Origin: Macrostomum hystrix
Taxonomy: Eukaryota; Animalia; Platyhelminthes
Assembly (NCBI GenBank): GCA_950097015.1
Contig: CATNEN010000002.1
Coordinates: 186,001-250,000, forward strand
Direction of reading: 5' to 3'
DNA length: 64,000 bases
Numbering within the stretch: position 1 is the first letter of the stretch; each line of letters starts with the position of its first letter. The position numbers and the translations under genes were made by a program. Below the pieces are notes generated by a model, which was not told where the DNA came from, did no database searches, and was given only the letters and a program-made list of their open reading frames with translations. Shown in pieces: positions 51,585 to 63,734 of this stretch.

Positions 51585-52012
51585 TGTTAGATACGAGCTG
51601 AATCTGTTAGATACGTGCTGAACTTGTTAGATACGTGCTGAACTTGTTAGATACGTGCTGAACTTGTTAGATACGAGCTGAACCTGTTAGATACGAGCTG
51701 AATCTGTTAGATACGAGCTGAATCTGTTAGATACGAGCTGAACCTGTTAGATACGAGCTGAATCTGTTAGATACGAGCTGAACCTGTTAGATACGAGCTG
51801 AACCTGTTAGATACGAGCTGAATCTGTTAGATACGTGCTGAACTTGTTAGATACGAGCTGAACCTGTTAGATACGAGCTGAACCTGTTAGATACGAGCTG
51901 AACCTGTTAGATACGAGCTGAACCTGTTAGATACGAGCTGAACCTGTTAGATACGAGCTGAACCTGTTAGATACGAGCTGAACCTGTTAGATACGAGCTA
52001 AATTTGTTAGAT
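51585..52012. repeat. Minisatellite, 20-bp CTGTTAGATACGAGCTGAAC
   Basis: Tandem units visible directly. Confidence 0.96.
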
Positions 52013-52344
52013 TCATGTTGTATGATTTTAATCTCAGACGGATCAGAAAAATGTGCTCAGCAAGCTTACTCAAAGCTAATTGGATCATTAAAAATGGTTA
52101 TAAAATTCCATAAGTTGCTTCCCATAAGTTAATTATTCGAGCCACAGAGGCTTCTGTAGACAAGCTTGGAAAAACACACTGTTAGCGTTTCTAGTTTCTA
52201 AACACAAATTATGTTCACTGTGATATAGTTTTGATTATTCGAGCTAACTTATTTGAGCAAGTGTTCTAGCGGGATGTACTTTAGCAGTGTCTGCAGTCTG
52301 CTGTATTAATTGATATCATTGGTAAAAATTCCAATTTTTTGGAG

Positions 52345-52680
52345 AGAGTGAGAGAGAACGAGAGAGAGGGAGAGAGAGAGCGGGAGAGAGGAGAGAGGAC
52401 ACTGCCCATTGAATTTCAAAAATCTAATGTTGGAATCGATTCCGATATGTATCGAAAAAGTTGAAATCAGGATTCGAACCATGGCAACTCCAGACGCGTT
52501 TCGCTCTTATTGGAGCTCATTATTGGAGGGAGAGAGAAGGAGACGGAGAGAGAGGGAGAGAGAGGGAGAGAGAGGGAGAGAGAGGGAGAGAGAGGGAGAG
52601 AGAGGGAGAGAGAGGGAGAGAGAGAAAGAGAGGGAGAGAGAAGGAGAGAGAAAGAGAGGGAGAGAGGGAGAGAGACAGAG
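52345..52680. repeat. GA-rich simple repeats (GAGAGAGGGA)n in two blocks
   Basis: Blocks at ~52345-52398 and ~52525-52680. Confidence 0.9.
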
Positions 52681-52915
52681 AAATTTAGGCAGGAAATCAG
52701 CAAGCATGGATTGGAGAGAAGAGGTAAGACAGCAAGCTACCGTGACAACAGGGCTAAGGAGGGTAAGGAGGCCTAAGCTCGTACTAACCGACCAATCAAT
52801 GACAGCCAAATACTCTTCAGAATCAATAAAATAGACCAGAAGGGCATTCGATCGAACAAGCATTTTCGATATTCCCATTGATTGAAGCAGGCTTCTAATC
52901 CCAAAAGGCATCCAG

Positions 52916-54267
52916 ATGATTGACAGCATGCCAACAACAACAGCAGCCGGTCCAGACGCTGACGCAGAGGCCAACTGCTCGGATGCTGTTCTGAGGCCAC
53001 GCGGACTGTTTTGGCCAGCTGCCACAGCGGACGAAGTGGCAACGGACGCTTTGTACCTGTGCAAATCCGGCCTAGCCCTGCTGGCCTTTGTAGTCTCCGC
53101 CGCCTCTGTCGGCGTCTTCGGTCGTCGTTATCATCGTCAGAATAGCCATCGTCGGAGTAGCGGCAGCCTGCACGGAGGAGCCACCGGCGTCAGCGTCAAG
53201 ACTCAACGATCATCTGGCAGCTCTTGCGGCTGCGGCTCGCTCACGCAGATGCTGCTTCATCTCTCTGCCTGCGAGCTGGTGCTCAGCCTCACAGCTCTGG
53301 TGTTTGAGTCCTACTATCTCCTGACCGCCCCGGCAACTGGGCATCGCTATCCAGCTGGTCCATTGTGGCTGTCCAATCTGATCCTGTACCCAGTGTGGCT
53401 AATCTACAAAGCCAGTTCAGTTACTCGCAACTGGCTCATCGTACACATCGCCTGGCGTCGTTGGCGAGCCGTGGCCAATTCGACAATGCCAACGCCGCCA
53501 AACAGAACTTCGGTGAATCTCGTCTCTGTCCTGGTGGCGATGATCTCCCTGCTCGTCACCGTGCCCAGAGTGATGGAGCTGAACTATTCCAGGTGTCCGC
53601 GGACACATCAGATCCTGCATATTCAGGCTGCCGACTTTGTCACATCCCGAGCCTACTGGGTCTACCCCAGATGCTTCTTCGCCTTGCACTCGCTGCTGCC
53701 CGTCTGCTGCCTGCTGCTCGTCAGCAGCTTGACGCTCTGGCGCCTGCGCAGCACCCACCGACAGCTGCTCAAGGACGTCCCGGCGCCATTCTTTGTGCGA
53801 CTCCGACGACAGCGACAGGCTCAGGCTGGGTTGGTGACGGATTTCTGGGATCTGATCTAGGATGGGTGAATCACAGCTTCTTATCTTTATTTGTAGCCCC
53901 TTGATTGGGATAATTCTCCCATATTGATTTGGTGCCCCTTGATAAGGATAATTTTAGCTTCTTAATGATGATTTTATTCACATCTTGAGGAACAACCATG
54001 TCAAGACCAACTTAGCCATTAAACCTGCCTTTCAGATCGGTGAATCGTACAGTTCTGGTCCTGTGCGCCGTGTTTGTTGTCTGCGAACTGCCCCTTCTGA
54101 TTGCCGGCGCTTTGAAAGACATGGACCAGCCCCAGGTGTACGTGTTTCTTGGCATCGCAAACATTTTAACTACTGCCGACTCAGTAGCAAATTTTGTTAT
54201 TTACTTTTTATCGATTCCGCAATTCAAATTACAGCTAGCAGAATGTTACAGAATGCAAAGGAACTGA
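52916..54267 (+). CDS. Orphan class A (rhodopsin-like) GPCR, peptide-receptor/FMRFamide-receptor-like, ~381 aa
   Basis: Exons 52916-53829 and 54036-54267 (GG|GTTGGT ... TTTCAG|A, phase 2). Seven hydrophobic segments: TM2 LLHLSACELV, TM3 RNWLIVHIAWRRWRAV, TM4 VTVPR, TM5 LHSLLP, TM6 FVVCELP and TM7 DSVANFVIY. Confidence 0.85.
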
Positions 54268-54297
54268 GATTGCATTGAAAACGATGCGATTGTCATG

Positions 54298-55411
54298 TAT
54301 TAGACTATGAGGTTGCCTGTTAGACACTGTGGTTACCTGTTAGACACTGATGTTACCTGTTAGACACTGATGTTACCTGTTAGACACTGATGTTACCTGT
54401 TAGACACTGATGTTACCTGTTAGACTATGAGGTTGCCTGTTAGACACTGTGGTTACCTGTTAGACACTGATGTTACGTGTTAGACACAGAGGTTAACTGT
54501 TAGACAATAATGTTACCTGTTAGACACTGATGTTACCTGTTAGACACTGATGTTACCTGTTAGACACTGTGGTTAACTGTTAGACACTGAAGTTAACTGT
54601 TAGACACTGATGTTACCTGTTAGACACTGATGTTACCTGTTAGACACTGATGTTACCTATTAGACACTGATGTTACCTGTTAGACACTGATGTTAACTGT
54701 TAGACACTGATGTTACCTTTTAGACACTGAGGTTACCTATTAGACACTGAGGTTACCTGTTAGACACTGATGTTACCTGTTAGACACTGATGTTACCTAT
54801 TAGACACTGATGTTACCTGTTAGACACTGAGGTTACCTATTAGACACTGAAGTTAACTGTTAGACACTGATGTTACCTGTTAGACACTGAGGTTACCTAT
54901 TAGACACTGATGTTACCTGTTAGACACTGAGGTTACCTGTTAGACACTGAGGTTACCTGTTAGACACTGATGTTACCTGTTAGACACTGAGGTTACCTAT
55001 TAGACACTGATGTTGCCTTTTAGACACTGAGGTTACCTGTTAGACACTGATGTTACCTGTTAGACACTGATGTTACCTATTAGACACTGATGTTACCTGT
55101 TAGACACTGAGGTTACCTATTAGACACTGAAGTTAACTGTTAGACACTGATGTTACCTGTTAGACACTGAGGTTACCTATTAGACACTGATGTTACCTGT
55201 TAGACACTGAGGTTACCTGTTAGACACTGAGGTTACCTGTTAGACACTGAGGTTACCTGTTAGACACTGAGGTTACCTATTAGACACTGATGTTACCTAC
55301 TAGACACTGATGTTACCTATTAGACACTGATGTTACCTGTTAGACACTGAGGTTACCTGTTAGACACTGATGTTACCTGTTAGACACTGATGTTACCTGT
55401 TAGACACTGAG
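54298..55411. repeat. Minisatellite, 20-bp TTACCTGTTAGACACTGATG
   Basis: Starts ~30 bp after the GPCR stop codon. Confidence 0.97.
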
Positions 55412-55697
55412 GTAAGTCCTTCGATACGCATCAGGCACTTATTGTTGTTTTTTACTTGGCAAAACCCTTAAATGTAATCAGAAAAGTTTTTAACCCCATG
55501 CTAAATAGTATGTGACAATTATATATAATTGTAATAATTCAAACTTAAAACTCTTCGATTCCTGAGCGGCAAAACAATGTTTCGTCAATGATGATTAAAT
55601 TATGTACTGCATAAAGTGCATCCCGCTTTGATATTCTTTCAAAGAATGCTTTGTTTCGTTCTTTCGAATTCAAAATGAGGATCAAAGTTGTTGTGAA

Positions 55698-58605
55698 TGA
55701 TCTCAGTATGTATTAGAAACATTGTGAATGGCCTGATAAAGGATTAGAGACATTGTGTATAATCTCAGTATGGATTAGAGGCATTGTGAATGGCCTGATA
55801 AAGGATTAGAGACATTGTGTATAATCTCAGTATGGATTAGAGGCATTGTGAATGGCCTGATAAAGGATTAGAGACAATGTTTATGATCTCAGTATGGATT
55901 ACAGATATTGTGAATGATCTCAGTATGGATTACAGATATTGTGAATGATCTCAGTATGGATTAGAGATATTGTGAATGATCTCAGTATGGATTAGAGACA
56001 TTGTGAATGATCTCAGTATGGATTAGAGACATTGTGAATGATCTCAGTATGGATTAGAGACATTGTGAATGATCTCAGTATGGATTAAAGACATTGTTTA
56101 TGATCTCAGTATGGATTAGAGATATTGTGAATGATCTCAGTATGGATTAAAGACATTGTTTATGATCTCAGTATGGATTAGAGATATTGTGAATGATCTC
56201 AGTATGGATTAGAGACATTGTGAATGATCTCAGTATGGATTAGAGACATTGTGAATGATCTCAGTATGGATTAGAGATATTGTGAATGATCTCAGTATGG
56301 ATTAGAGACATTGTGAATGATCTCAGTATGGATTAGAGACATTGTGAATGATCTCAGTATGGATTAAAGACATTGTTTATGATCTCAGTATGGATTAGAG
56401 ATATTGTGAATGATCTCAGTATGGATTAGAGATATTGTGAATGATCTCAGTATGGATTAAAGACATTGTTTATGATCTCAGTATGGATTAGAGATATTGT
56501 GAATGATCTCAGTATGGATTAGAGGCATTGTGAATGATCTCAGTATGGATTAGAGATATTGTGAATGATCTCAGTATGGATTAAAGACATTGTGAATGAT
56601 CTCAGTATGGATTAGAGATATTGTGAATGATCTCAGTATGGATTAGAGACATTGTGAATGATCTCAGTATGGATTAAAGACATTGTTTATGATCTCAGTA
56701 TGGATTAGAGACATTGTGAATGATCTCAGTATGGATTAGAGATATTGTGAATGATCTCAGTATGGATTAGAGATATTGTGAATGATCTCAGTATGGATTA
56801 GAGATATTGTGAATGATCTCAGTATGGATTAAAGACATTGTTTATGATCTCAGTATGTATTAGAAACATTGTGAATGGCCTGATAAAGGATTAGAGACAT
56901 TGTGTATAATCTCAGTATGGATTAGAGGCATTGTGAATGGCCTGATAAAGGATTAGAGACATTGTGTATAATCTCAGTATGGATTAGAGATATTGTGAAT
57001 GATCTCAGTATGGATTAGAGATATTGTGAATGATCTCAGTATGGATTAGAGACATTGTGAATGATCTCAGTATGGATTAAAGACATTGTTTATGATCTCA
57101 GTATGGATTAGAGACATTGTGAATGATCTCAGTATGGATTAGAGATATTGTGAATGATCTCAGTATGGATTAGAGATATTGTGAATGATCTCAGTATGGA
57201 TTAGAGATATTGTGAATGATCTCAGTATGGATTAAAGACATTGTGAATGATCTCAGTATGGATTAGAGACATTGTGAATGATCTCAGTATGGATTAAAGA
57301 CATTGTTTATGATCTCAGTATGGATTAGAGACATTGTGAATGATCTCAGTATGGATTAGAGACATTGTGAATGATCTCAGTATGGATTAGAGATATTGTG
57401 AATGATCTCAGTATGGATTAGAGATATTGTGAATGATCTCAGTATGGATTAGAGATATTGTGAATGATCTCAGTATGGATTAAAGACATTGTTTATGATC
57501 TCAGTATGTATTAGAAACATTGTGAATGGCCTGATAAAGGATTAGAGACATTGTGTATAATCTCAGTATGGATTAGAGGCATTGTGAATGGCCTGATAAA
57601 GGATTAGAGACATTGTGTATAATCTCAGTATGGATTAGAGGCATTGTGAATGGCCTGATAAAGGATTAGAGACAATGTTTATGATCTCAGTATGGATTAC
57701 AGATATTGTGAATGATCTCAGTATGGATTAGAGATATTGTGAATGATCTCAGTATGGATTAAAGACATTGTTTATGATCTCAGTATGGATTAGAGATATT
57801 GTGAATGATCTCAGTATGGATTAGAGACATTGTGAATGATCTCAGTATGGATTAGAGACATTGTGAATGATCTCAGTATGGATTAAAGACATTGTTTATG
57901 ATCTCAGTATGGATTAGAGACATTGTGAATGATCTCAGTATGGATTAGAGACATTGTGAATGATCTCAGTATGGATTAGAGACATTGTTTATGATCTCAG
58001 TATGGATTAGAGATATTGTGAATGATCTCAGTATGGATTAGAGACATTGTGAATGATCTCAGTATGGATTAGAGACATTGTGAATGATCTCAGTATGGAT
58101 TAAAGACATTGTGAATGATCTCAGTATGGATTAGAGACATTGTGAATGATCTCAGTAAGGATTAGAGACATTGTGAATGATCTCAGTAAGGATTAGAGAC
58201 ATTGTGAATGATCTCAGTAAGGATTAGAGACATTGTGAATGATCTCAGTAAGGATTAGAGACATTGTGAATGATCTCAGTAAGGATTAGAGACATTGTGA
58301 ATGATCTCAGTATGGATTAAAGACATTGTGAATGATCTCAGTATGGATTAAAGACATTGTGAATGATCTCAGTATGGATTAGAGACATTGTGAATGATCT
58401 CAGTAAGGATTAGAGACATTGTGAATGATCTCAGTATGGATTAGAGATATTGTGAATGATCTCAGTAAGGATTAAAGACATTGTGAATGATCTCAGTATG
58501 GATTAGAGACATTGTGAATGATCTCAGTATGGATTAGAGACATTGTGAATGATCTCAGTAAGGATTAGAGACATTGTGAATGATCTCAGTATGGATTAGA
58601 GATAT
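55698..58605. repeat. 2.9-kb minisatellite, 31-bp CTCAGTATGGATTAGAGACATTGTGAATGAT
   Basis: Tandem units. A variant cassette (GGCCTGATAAAGG) recurs at ~55.73, ~56.88 and ~57.53 kb. Confidence 0.97.
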
Positions 58606-59377
58606 GGTGAATGAAATCAATAGCGTGAGAATATTTGACAAGAAAATCTGATGTGATAAGATTGTATTTATTCAACGTAATTAATAATTTGGGATGAAAA
58701 CTGTAATTCGGTTGGAAATAACAAAGTGGAGACATGCAATTATAACAAGTTGTATGACATTTTTGTCCAGGTTTTGTTAGTCTGTGCTGAAGAAACCGGA
58801 TGTAGACAATTGCTAGGTCATTCAAATTCAATATAATCAGTAATCGGGAAATAGAACAGGGTCAACATCTAGCATTGAACTGTCCAACATTGTAATCCAG
58901 AGTTGACTATTCTGCATCTTCTAGAATTTCCTCAGGGTCGTGCAGCAAAGAGACAAAACTGATAAGGGTTTGAATAAATTATGTTTGTTCAGGGCGCAGG
59001 AAATGTCAAAGTTGACTTTGATGTTGATTTGTACTTTTTGTATACGTAAAAATACTTTAGCAAAATAAATTAATGCCATAGAGACTAAGACTTTAGTTTG
59101 TAATGGTGAATTTCGAAATGAGTTAAAAATAACAAAAACATTTAATGATCATTGAAGTTGTCTAAACTGAGTTGCTCATTTAATGACACATTTTATGATT
59201 GATTCTTCAAGGATCCTAACCTGCAGTTAGGATCTGCAGGTTAATTACTTAAAGTAATCAGCTATGGTTGCTTCTCTTTGAATTCTGAAGCAATGCTCGT
59301 TTTCGCATTCCTGTCTAACTCCTGTCTAGTTAATAATTAGCTAATTACAAGCTATATATATAACCATTTCTTGCCAA

Positions 59378-59508
59378 TCCTGTCTAACAGGTGACACTCC
59401 TGTCTAACAGGTGACACTTCTGTCTAATAGGTAGTACTCCTGTCTAACAGGTGACACTCATGTCTAACAGGTGACACTCCTGTCTAACAGGTGAAGCTCC
59501 TGTCTAAC
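59378..59508. repeat. Short minisatellite, 20-bp CCTGTCTAACAGGTGACACT
   Basis: About 6 units; each contains the near-palindrome CCTGT-CTA-ACAGG. Confidence 0.9.
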
Positions 59509-60811
59509 CCCTACCAGAATTCATTTTGCTAGGAATGGTGCAAGGTGAGAAAGCGCCTCCGCAAGCACTGGTACTAAAAAATTAGCATCGGTAATCTGAA
59601 CATAAGTTGACAATCTGCGCTTGTCGCAAAGTGCAAAGTAATTTATCACCCACGCAACTCAATTAGCAACCACTTAGCAACTGGGCTAGCAGCATAAAAT
59701 GTAGATGTTGCAAATGAAGAGCGTTACTAACAAATCTATCATTTATTTTAGCACGAACAGAATTACAAATGGTTGGCTGTCCTTTACGACCCATTTAACC
59801 AAGTCACGCTTGACAACAACAATTGGCAATCAACTGCATTCTAAATTTTGTAAAATTTTTGTAAATTTTTGTAAACTAAAATTTACATGGACATCAATCT
59901 CTGCTCAATCTGCAGTAGATTTAGGTTTAGGAAAGAAGTACGAGTATGTTTTGCCAATATTGAGCAATGTCTATTAGGTAAATAGTTTAAGCGAATATTA
60001 TATGATCAGGTCAGTTTAAATTGGTGCGAGGAATGCGAAAACGAGCATTGGCGTATAAAAAGAATAAACGAATTAAACGCTCGCATTTTTTAAACTTAAA
60101 GAATTTAAGCGAATATTTTATGCACAAAAATGTATACCATTTATCACCGTTAGGGTTAGACTACTTCCAGTAAGCGATGCCGAACGTTGCGTTAAATTGT
60201 AGCAAGTGACAAAACAGTTTTTTAATCATTAGAAACAAATAAAACTGTTACTAAATGAAAACGCGGATGAGAATAAACATAGTTCTAAAGAAATCATTAA
60301 CCAATAATTATTAAGCCAGATTTGACATCCAAATAAAGCATTCTTTTGCTTAGTCCAAACTGTTTATCAAAAAGTGGGATATTTTCCCAAGGAAAAAAGC
60401 TACACTAAGCTAGAAAACCGCCAGACTAAACAAACCTTTCATCCTCGTGGGATAGCAGCAGAAAAAGAAGCAGATTTTGATTGCATTTTATCTAAATCAG
60501 TTTTTCATAGATAGTGGATGAAGAGTTTGACGGAGAGAACATTGTTAGCAGGAAACAAGGGCTTCTAGAGATGACTTTCCAGGAAATAAGATCATCACTT
60601 GATGCCTAACTTCGCGATAAAATATTCATGGAGTTTTATATAGACTTTTGCCTTATTTTGTGAATTGCATTCGGTGGAAATTGAGCAGGATAACGGTCAG
60701 TGAGATGGCATGATTGATTTCGGTTCGGTATATTGCACACTCCATGACTTGCGTTTCATGGCTGACTGTCTGGCAAAACATTCGGATACAATGAGATAAT
60801 TTAACAGGCAA

Positions 60812-61993
60812 GGATAGATAGATGAAGGGAGACATAGATAGATGAAGGGAGACATAGATAGATGAAGGGAGACATAGATAGATGAATAGAGACATATATA
60901 GATGAATAGAGACATAGATAGATGAAGGGAGGCATAGATAGATGAAGGGAGACATAGATAGATGAATAGAGGCATAGATAGATGAAGGGAGACATAGATA
61001 GATGAAGGGAGACATAGATAGATGAAGGGAGACATAGATAGATGAATAGAGACATAGATAGATGAAGGGAGACATAGATAGATGAAGTGAGGCATAGAAA
61101 GATGAAGGGAGAGATAGAAAGATGAAGGGAGGCATAGATAGATGAAGGGAGACATAGATAGATGAATGGAGACATAGATAGATGAAGGGAGGCATAGAAA
61201 GATGAAGGGAGACATAGATAGATGAAGGGAGGCATAGATAGATGAAGGGAGACATAGATAGATGAAGGGAGACATAGATAGATGAGGGGAGACATAGATA
61301 GATGAGGGGAGACATAGATAGATGAAGGGAGACATAGATAAATAAAATGAGACATAGATAGTTGAAGGGAGACATAGATAGATAAAATGAGACATAGATA
61401 GATGAAGGGAGACATAGATAGATGAAGGGAGACATAGATAGATGAAGGGAGGCATAGATAGATGAAGGGAGACATAGATAGATGAAGGGAGACATAGATA
61501 GATGAGGGGAGACATAGATAGATGAGGGGAGACATAGATAGATGAAGGGAGACATAGATAGATGAAGGGAGACATAGATAGATGCGGGGAGACATAGATA
61601 GATGAGGGGAGACATAGATAGATGAAGGGAGACATAGATAGATGAGGGGAGACATAGATAGATGAGGGGAGACATAGATAGATGAAGGGAGACATAGATA
61701 GATGAGGGGAGACATAGATAGATAAAATGAGACATAGATAGATGAAGGGAGACATAGATAGATGCGGGGAGACATAGATAGATGAGGGGAGACATAGATA
61801 GATGAAGGGAGACATAGATAGATGAGGGGAGACATAGATAGATGAGGGGAGACATAGATAGATGAAGGGAGACATAGATAGATGAGGGGAGACATAGATA
61901 GATGAGGGGAGACATAGATAGATGAGGGGAGACATAGATAGATGAAGGGAGAGATAGAAAGATGAAGGGAGACATCGATATATGAAGGGAGAC
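60812..61993. repeat. Purine-rich minisatellite, 20-bp GATAGATGAAGGGAGACATA
   Basis: Tandem units; source of the MSPFIYLCLPSS ORFs. Confidence 0.97.
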
Positions 61994-61995
61994 TA

Positions 61996-62458
61996 GCGAT
62001 ATACGAGTATCAGTGTCGACATCATTAGCGATATACGAGTATCAGTGTCGACATCATTAGCGATATACAAGTATCAGTGTCGACATCATTAGCGATATAC
62101 GAGTATCAGTGTCGACATCATTAGCGATATACGAGTATCAGTGTCGACATCATTAGCGATATACGAGTATCAGTGTCGACATCATTAGCGATATACAAGT
62201 ATCAGTGTCGACATCATTAGCGATATACGAGTATCAGTGTCGACATCATTAGCGATATACGAGTATCAGTGTCGACATCATTAGCGATATACAAGTATCA
62301 GTGTCGACATCATTAGCGATATACGAGTATCAGTGTCGACATCATTAGCGATATACGAGTATCAGTGTCGACATCATTAGCCATATACGAGTATCAGTGT
62401 CGACATCATTAGCGATATACGAGTATCAGTGTCGACATCATTAGCGATATACGAGTAT
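61996..62458. repeat. Minisatellite, 32-bp GCGATATACGAGTATCAGTGTCGACATCATTA
   Basis: About 14 near-identical head-to-tail units without spacers, directly abutting the 20-bp array. Confidence 0.96.
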
Positions 62459-63025
62459 TTCTTTTTGTCAACAATATTGTTAATATGTCGCAGTGCTACG
62501 GTTTCTCTGAAATTTCTTGAACCTTAAAGGCATACTTCGATCGGTCAAGGAAAGAAAAATAAAAGGAAAATAGAGTGACCTATGGCGTAGAAACTTAGGG
62601 CCCTTTGACCAAAAAAACTGGGAACAACGAGAGAAAACTCGAGAAACAATCAGCGGAAAAGCTAGAGAACAATGCCCAAGAGATGAAAAGAGATCTGATC
62701 TGATGTTTATCCAATGTACAATTTTGTCCATATTTTCAATTGGCATTATTCCTTGCAACAGAGGTAAATGACAAATACTCAAAGCCTGCGTATATTTATA
62801 TCTGCATGTTTTTAACGTTTTTGTATTTATTTTATCAGAAATAGCATTGCTCACAACGCATGCACTAAGCGAATGCTTATAGATTTTGCAGTCCACGTGT
62901 TGTTGATTAATGATGAGTGTGTTGAATATATTGTAAGAATATTCACAAATCATTGATTAAAAAGGGCTTGATCAGTGCACTGCATAGCATATCAACTGGG
63001 TAAATCAGTTGGATAACAGGGGATA

Positions 63026-63095
63026 GCAACTGCAAAGCAACTGCATAGCAACTGCATAGCAACTGCATAGCAACTGCATAGCAACCGCATAGCAA
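63026..63095. repeat. Short 11-bp tandem GCAACTGCATA
   Basis: About 6 units. Confidence 0.85.
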
Positions 63096-63209
63096 CAACA
63101 AACTTACGGTGCGGGAACGCAGCCCAGGTGACAAACATTTTGCTGTGTTGCTGTCAATCCAACTAAAAGTTGGAAGTGCAGCAAGTGACTGGTCCACAAG
63201 TCATTAAAG

Positions 63210-63606
63210 TCAGTTAGGTCTTGGGAAGACAGGGATGCCCAGCATTCGGCAGGCAAATCTGTCTCCAGTCATGCTACACACCCTGGCCAGCCAGTACTGA
63301 TAGCGACTATCGTTGTAGAAGTCGCGGGAGAAGTAAGCGCGCTTCATCGCCATGGCCCCAAACGGATAGCGATGGTAGCCCCAAATGCCGGGCAAGTGGA
63401 AGTGGTGCTTGCCAACATCCGAGGACCGGTCGCGAACGTCGTAGTCGGCTCCGTAGTCGGCTCCGCCGCCGTTCCGAGCAAAGTTCCACATGCCCGGCCA
63501 GTAGCTGGCGCGTCGTTCAACATCGCCGGCAGTTGGTAGGGAATTCGACGGAGCCGCGAAAGCTGCCAGCAGCACCAGAGACAAGCAGGCTGTCAGGCAA
63601 GTGAAT
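63210..63606 (-). CDS. Secreted neuropeptide-like precursor, terminal coding exon (start exon not located)
   Basis: Acceptor TTTAATAG|A at 63606 (phase 2) leads into the signal-like FTCLTACLSLVLLAAFAAPS, then RR-ASYWPGMWNF.., GK-HHFHLPGIWGY.. and KR-AYFSRDFY..CSMTGDRFACRMLGIPVFPRPN-stop. There is no in-frame ATG before an upstream TGA. Confidence 0.7.
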
Positions 63607-63734
63607 CTATTAAATGCGGAATCCAGGGTTGCGATGTGTCGGTAAAATCAAAAGATTCCATTGCAGGCACTACAAATAAATGAGGAGTGGGCAGTACATT
63701 TAAGTTTTTAAAAAATCTAGGGTGGCTGGGCAGG

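Noticed and set aside
52409-52834. RE-rich 141-aa ORF
   Set aside because: Translation of the GA simple repeat.
55500-55690. Minus-strand open stretch containing LIIIDE (Walker-B/Pif1-like)
   Set aside because: It is short, has no Walker A or other helicase motif, and no other Helitron hallmarks are nearby.
60653-61975. 440-, 412- and 364-aa ORFs (MSPFIYLCLPSS)
   Set aside because: Satellite translation in all three frames.
55698-62458. 29-32 bp repeats of CRISPR-like length (also the arrays at 24.9 and 47.4 kb)
   Set aside because: The units are head-to-tail without unique spacers, there are no cas genes, and the context is eukaryotic.
49330-62790. Scattered exon-like minus-strand segments between the arrays (49.4, 51.3, 51.5, 58.7, 58.9, 60.7, 62.7 kb) suggesting a hidden host gene
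   Set aside because: I could not join them in consistent phase or recognise any domain. RNA-seq would be needed.
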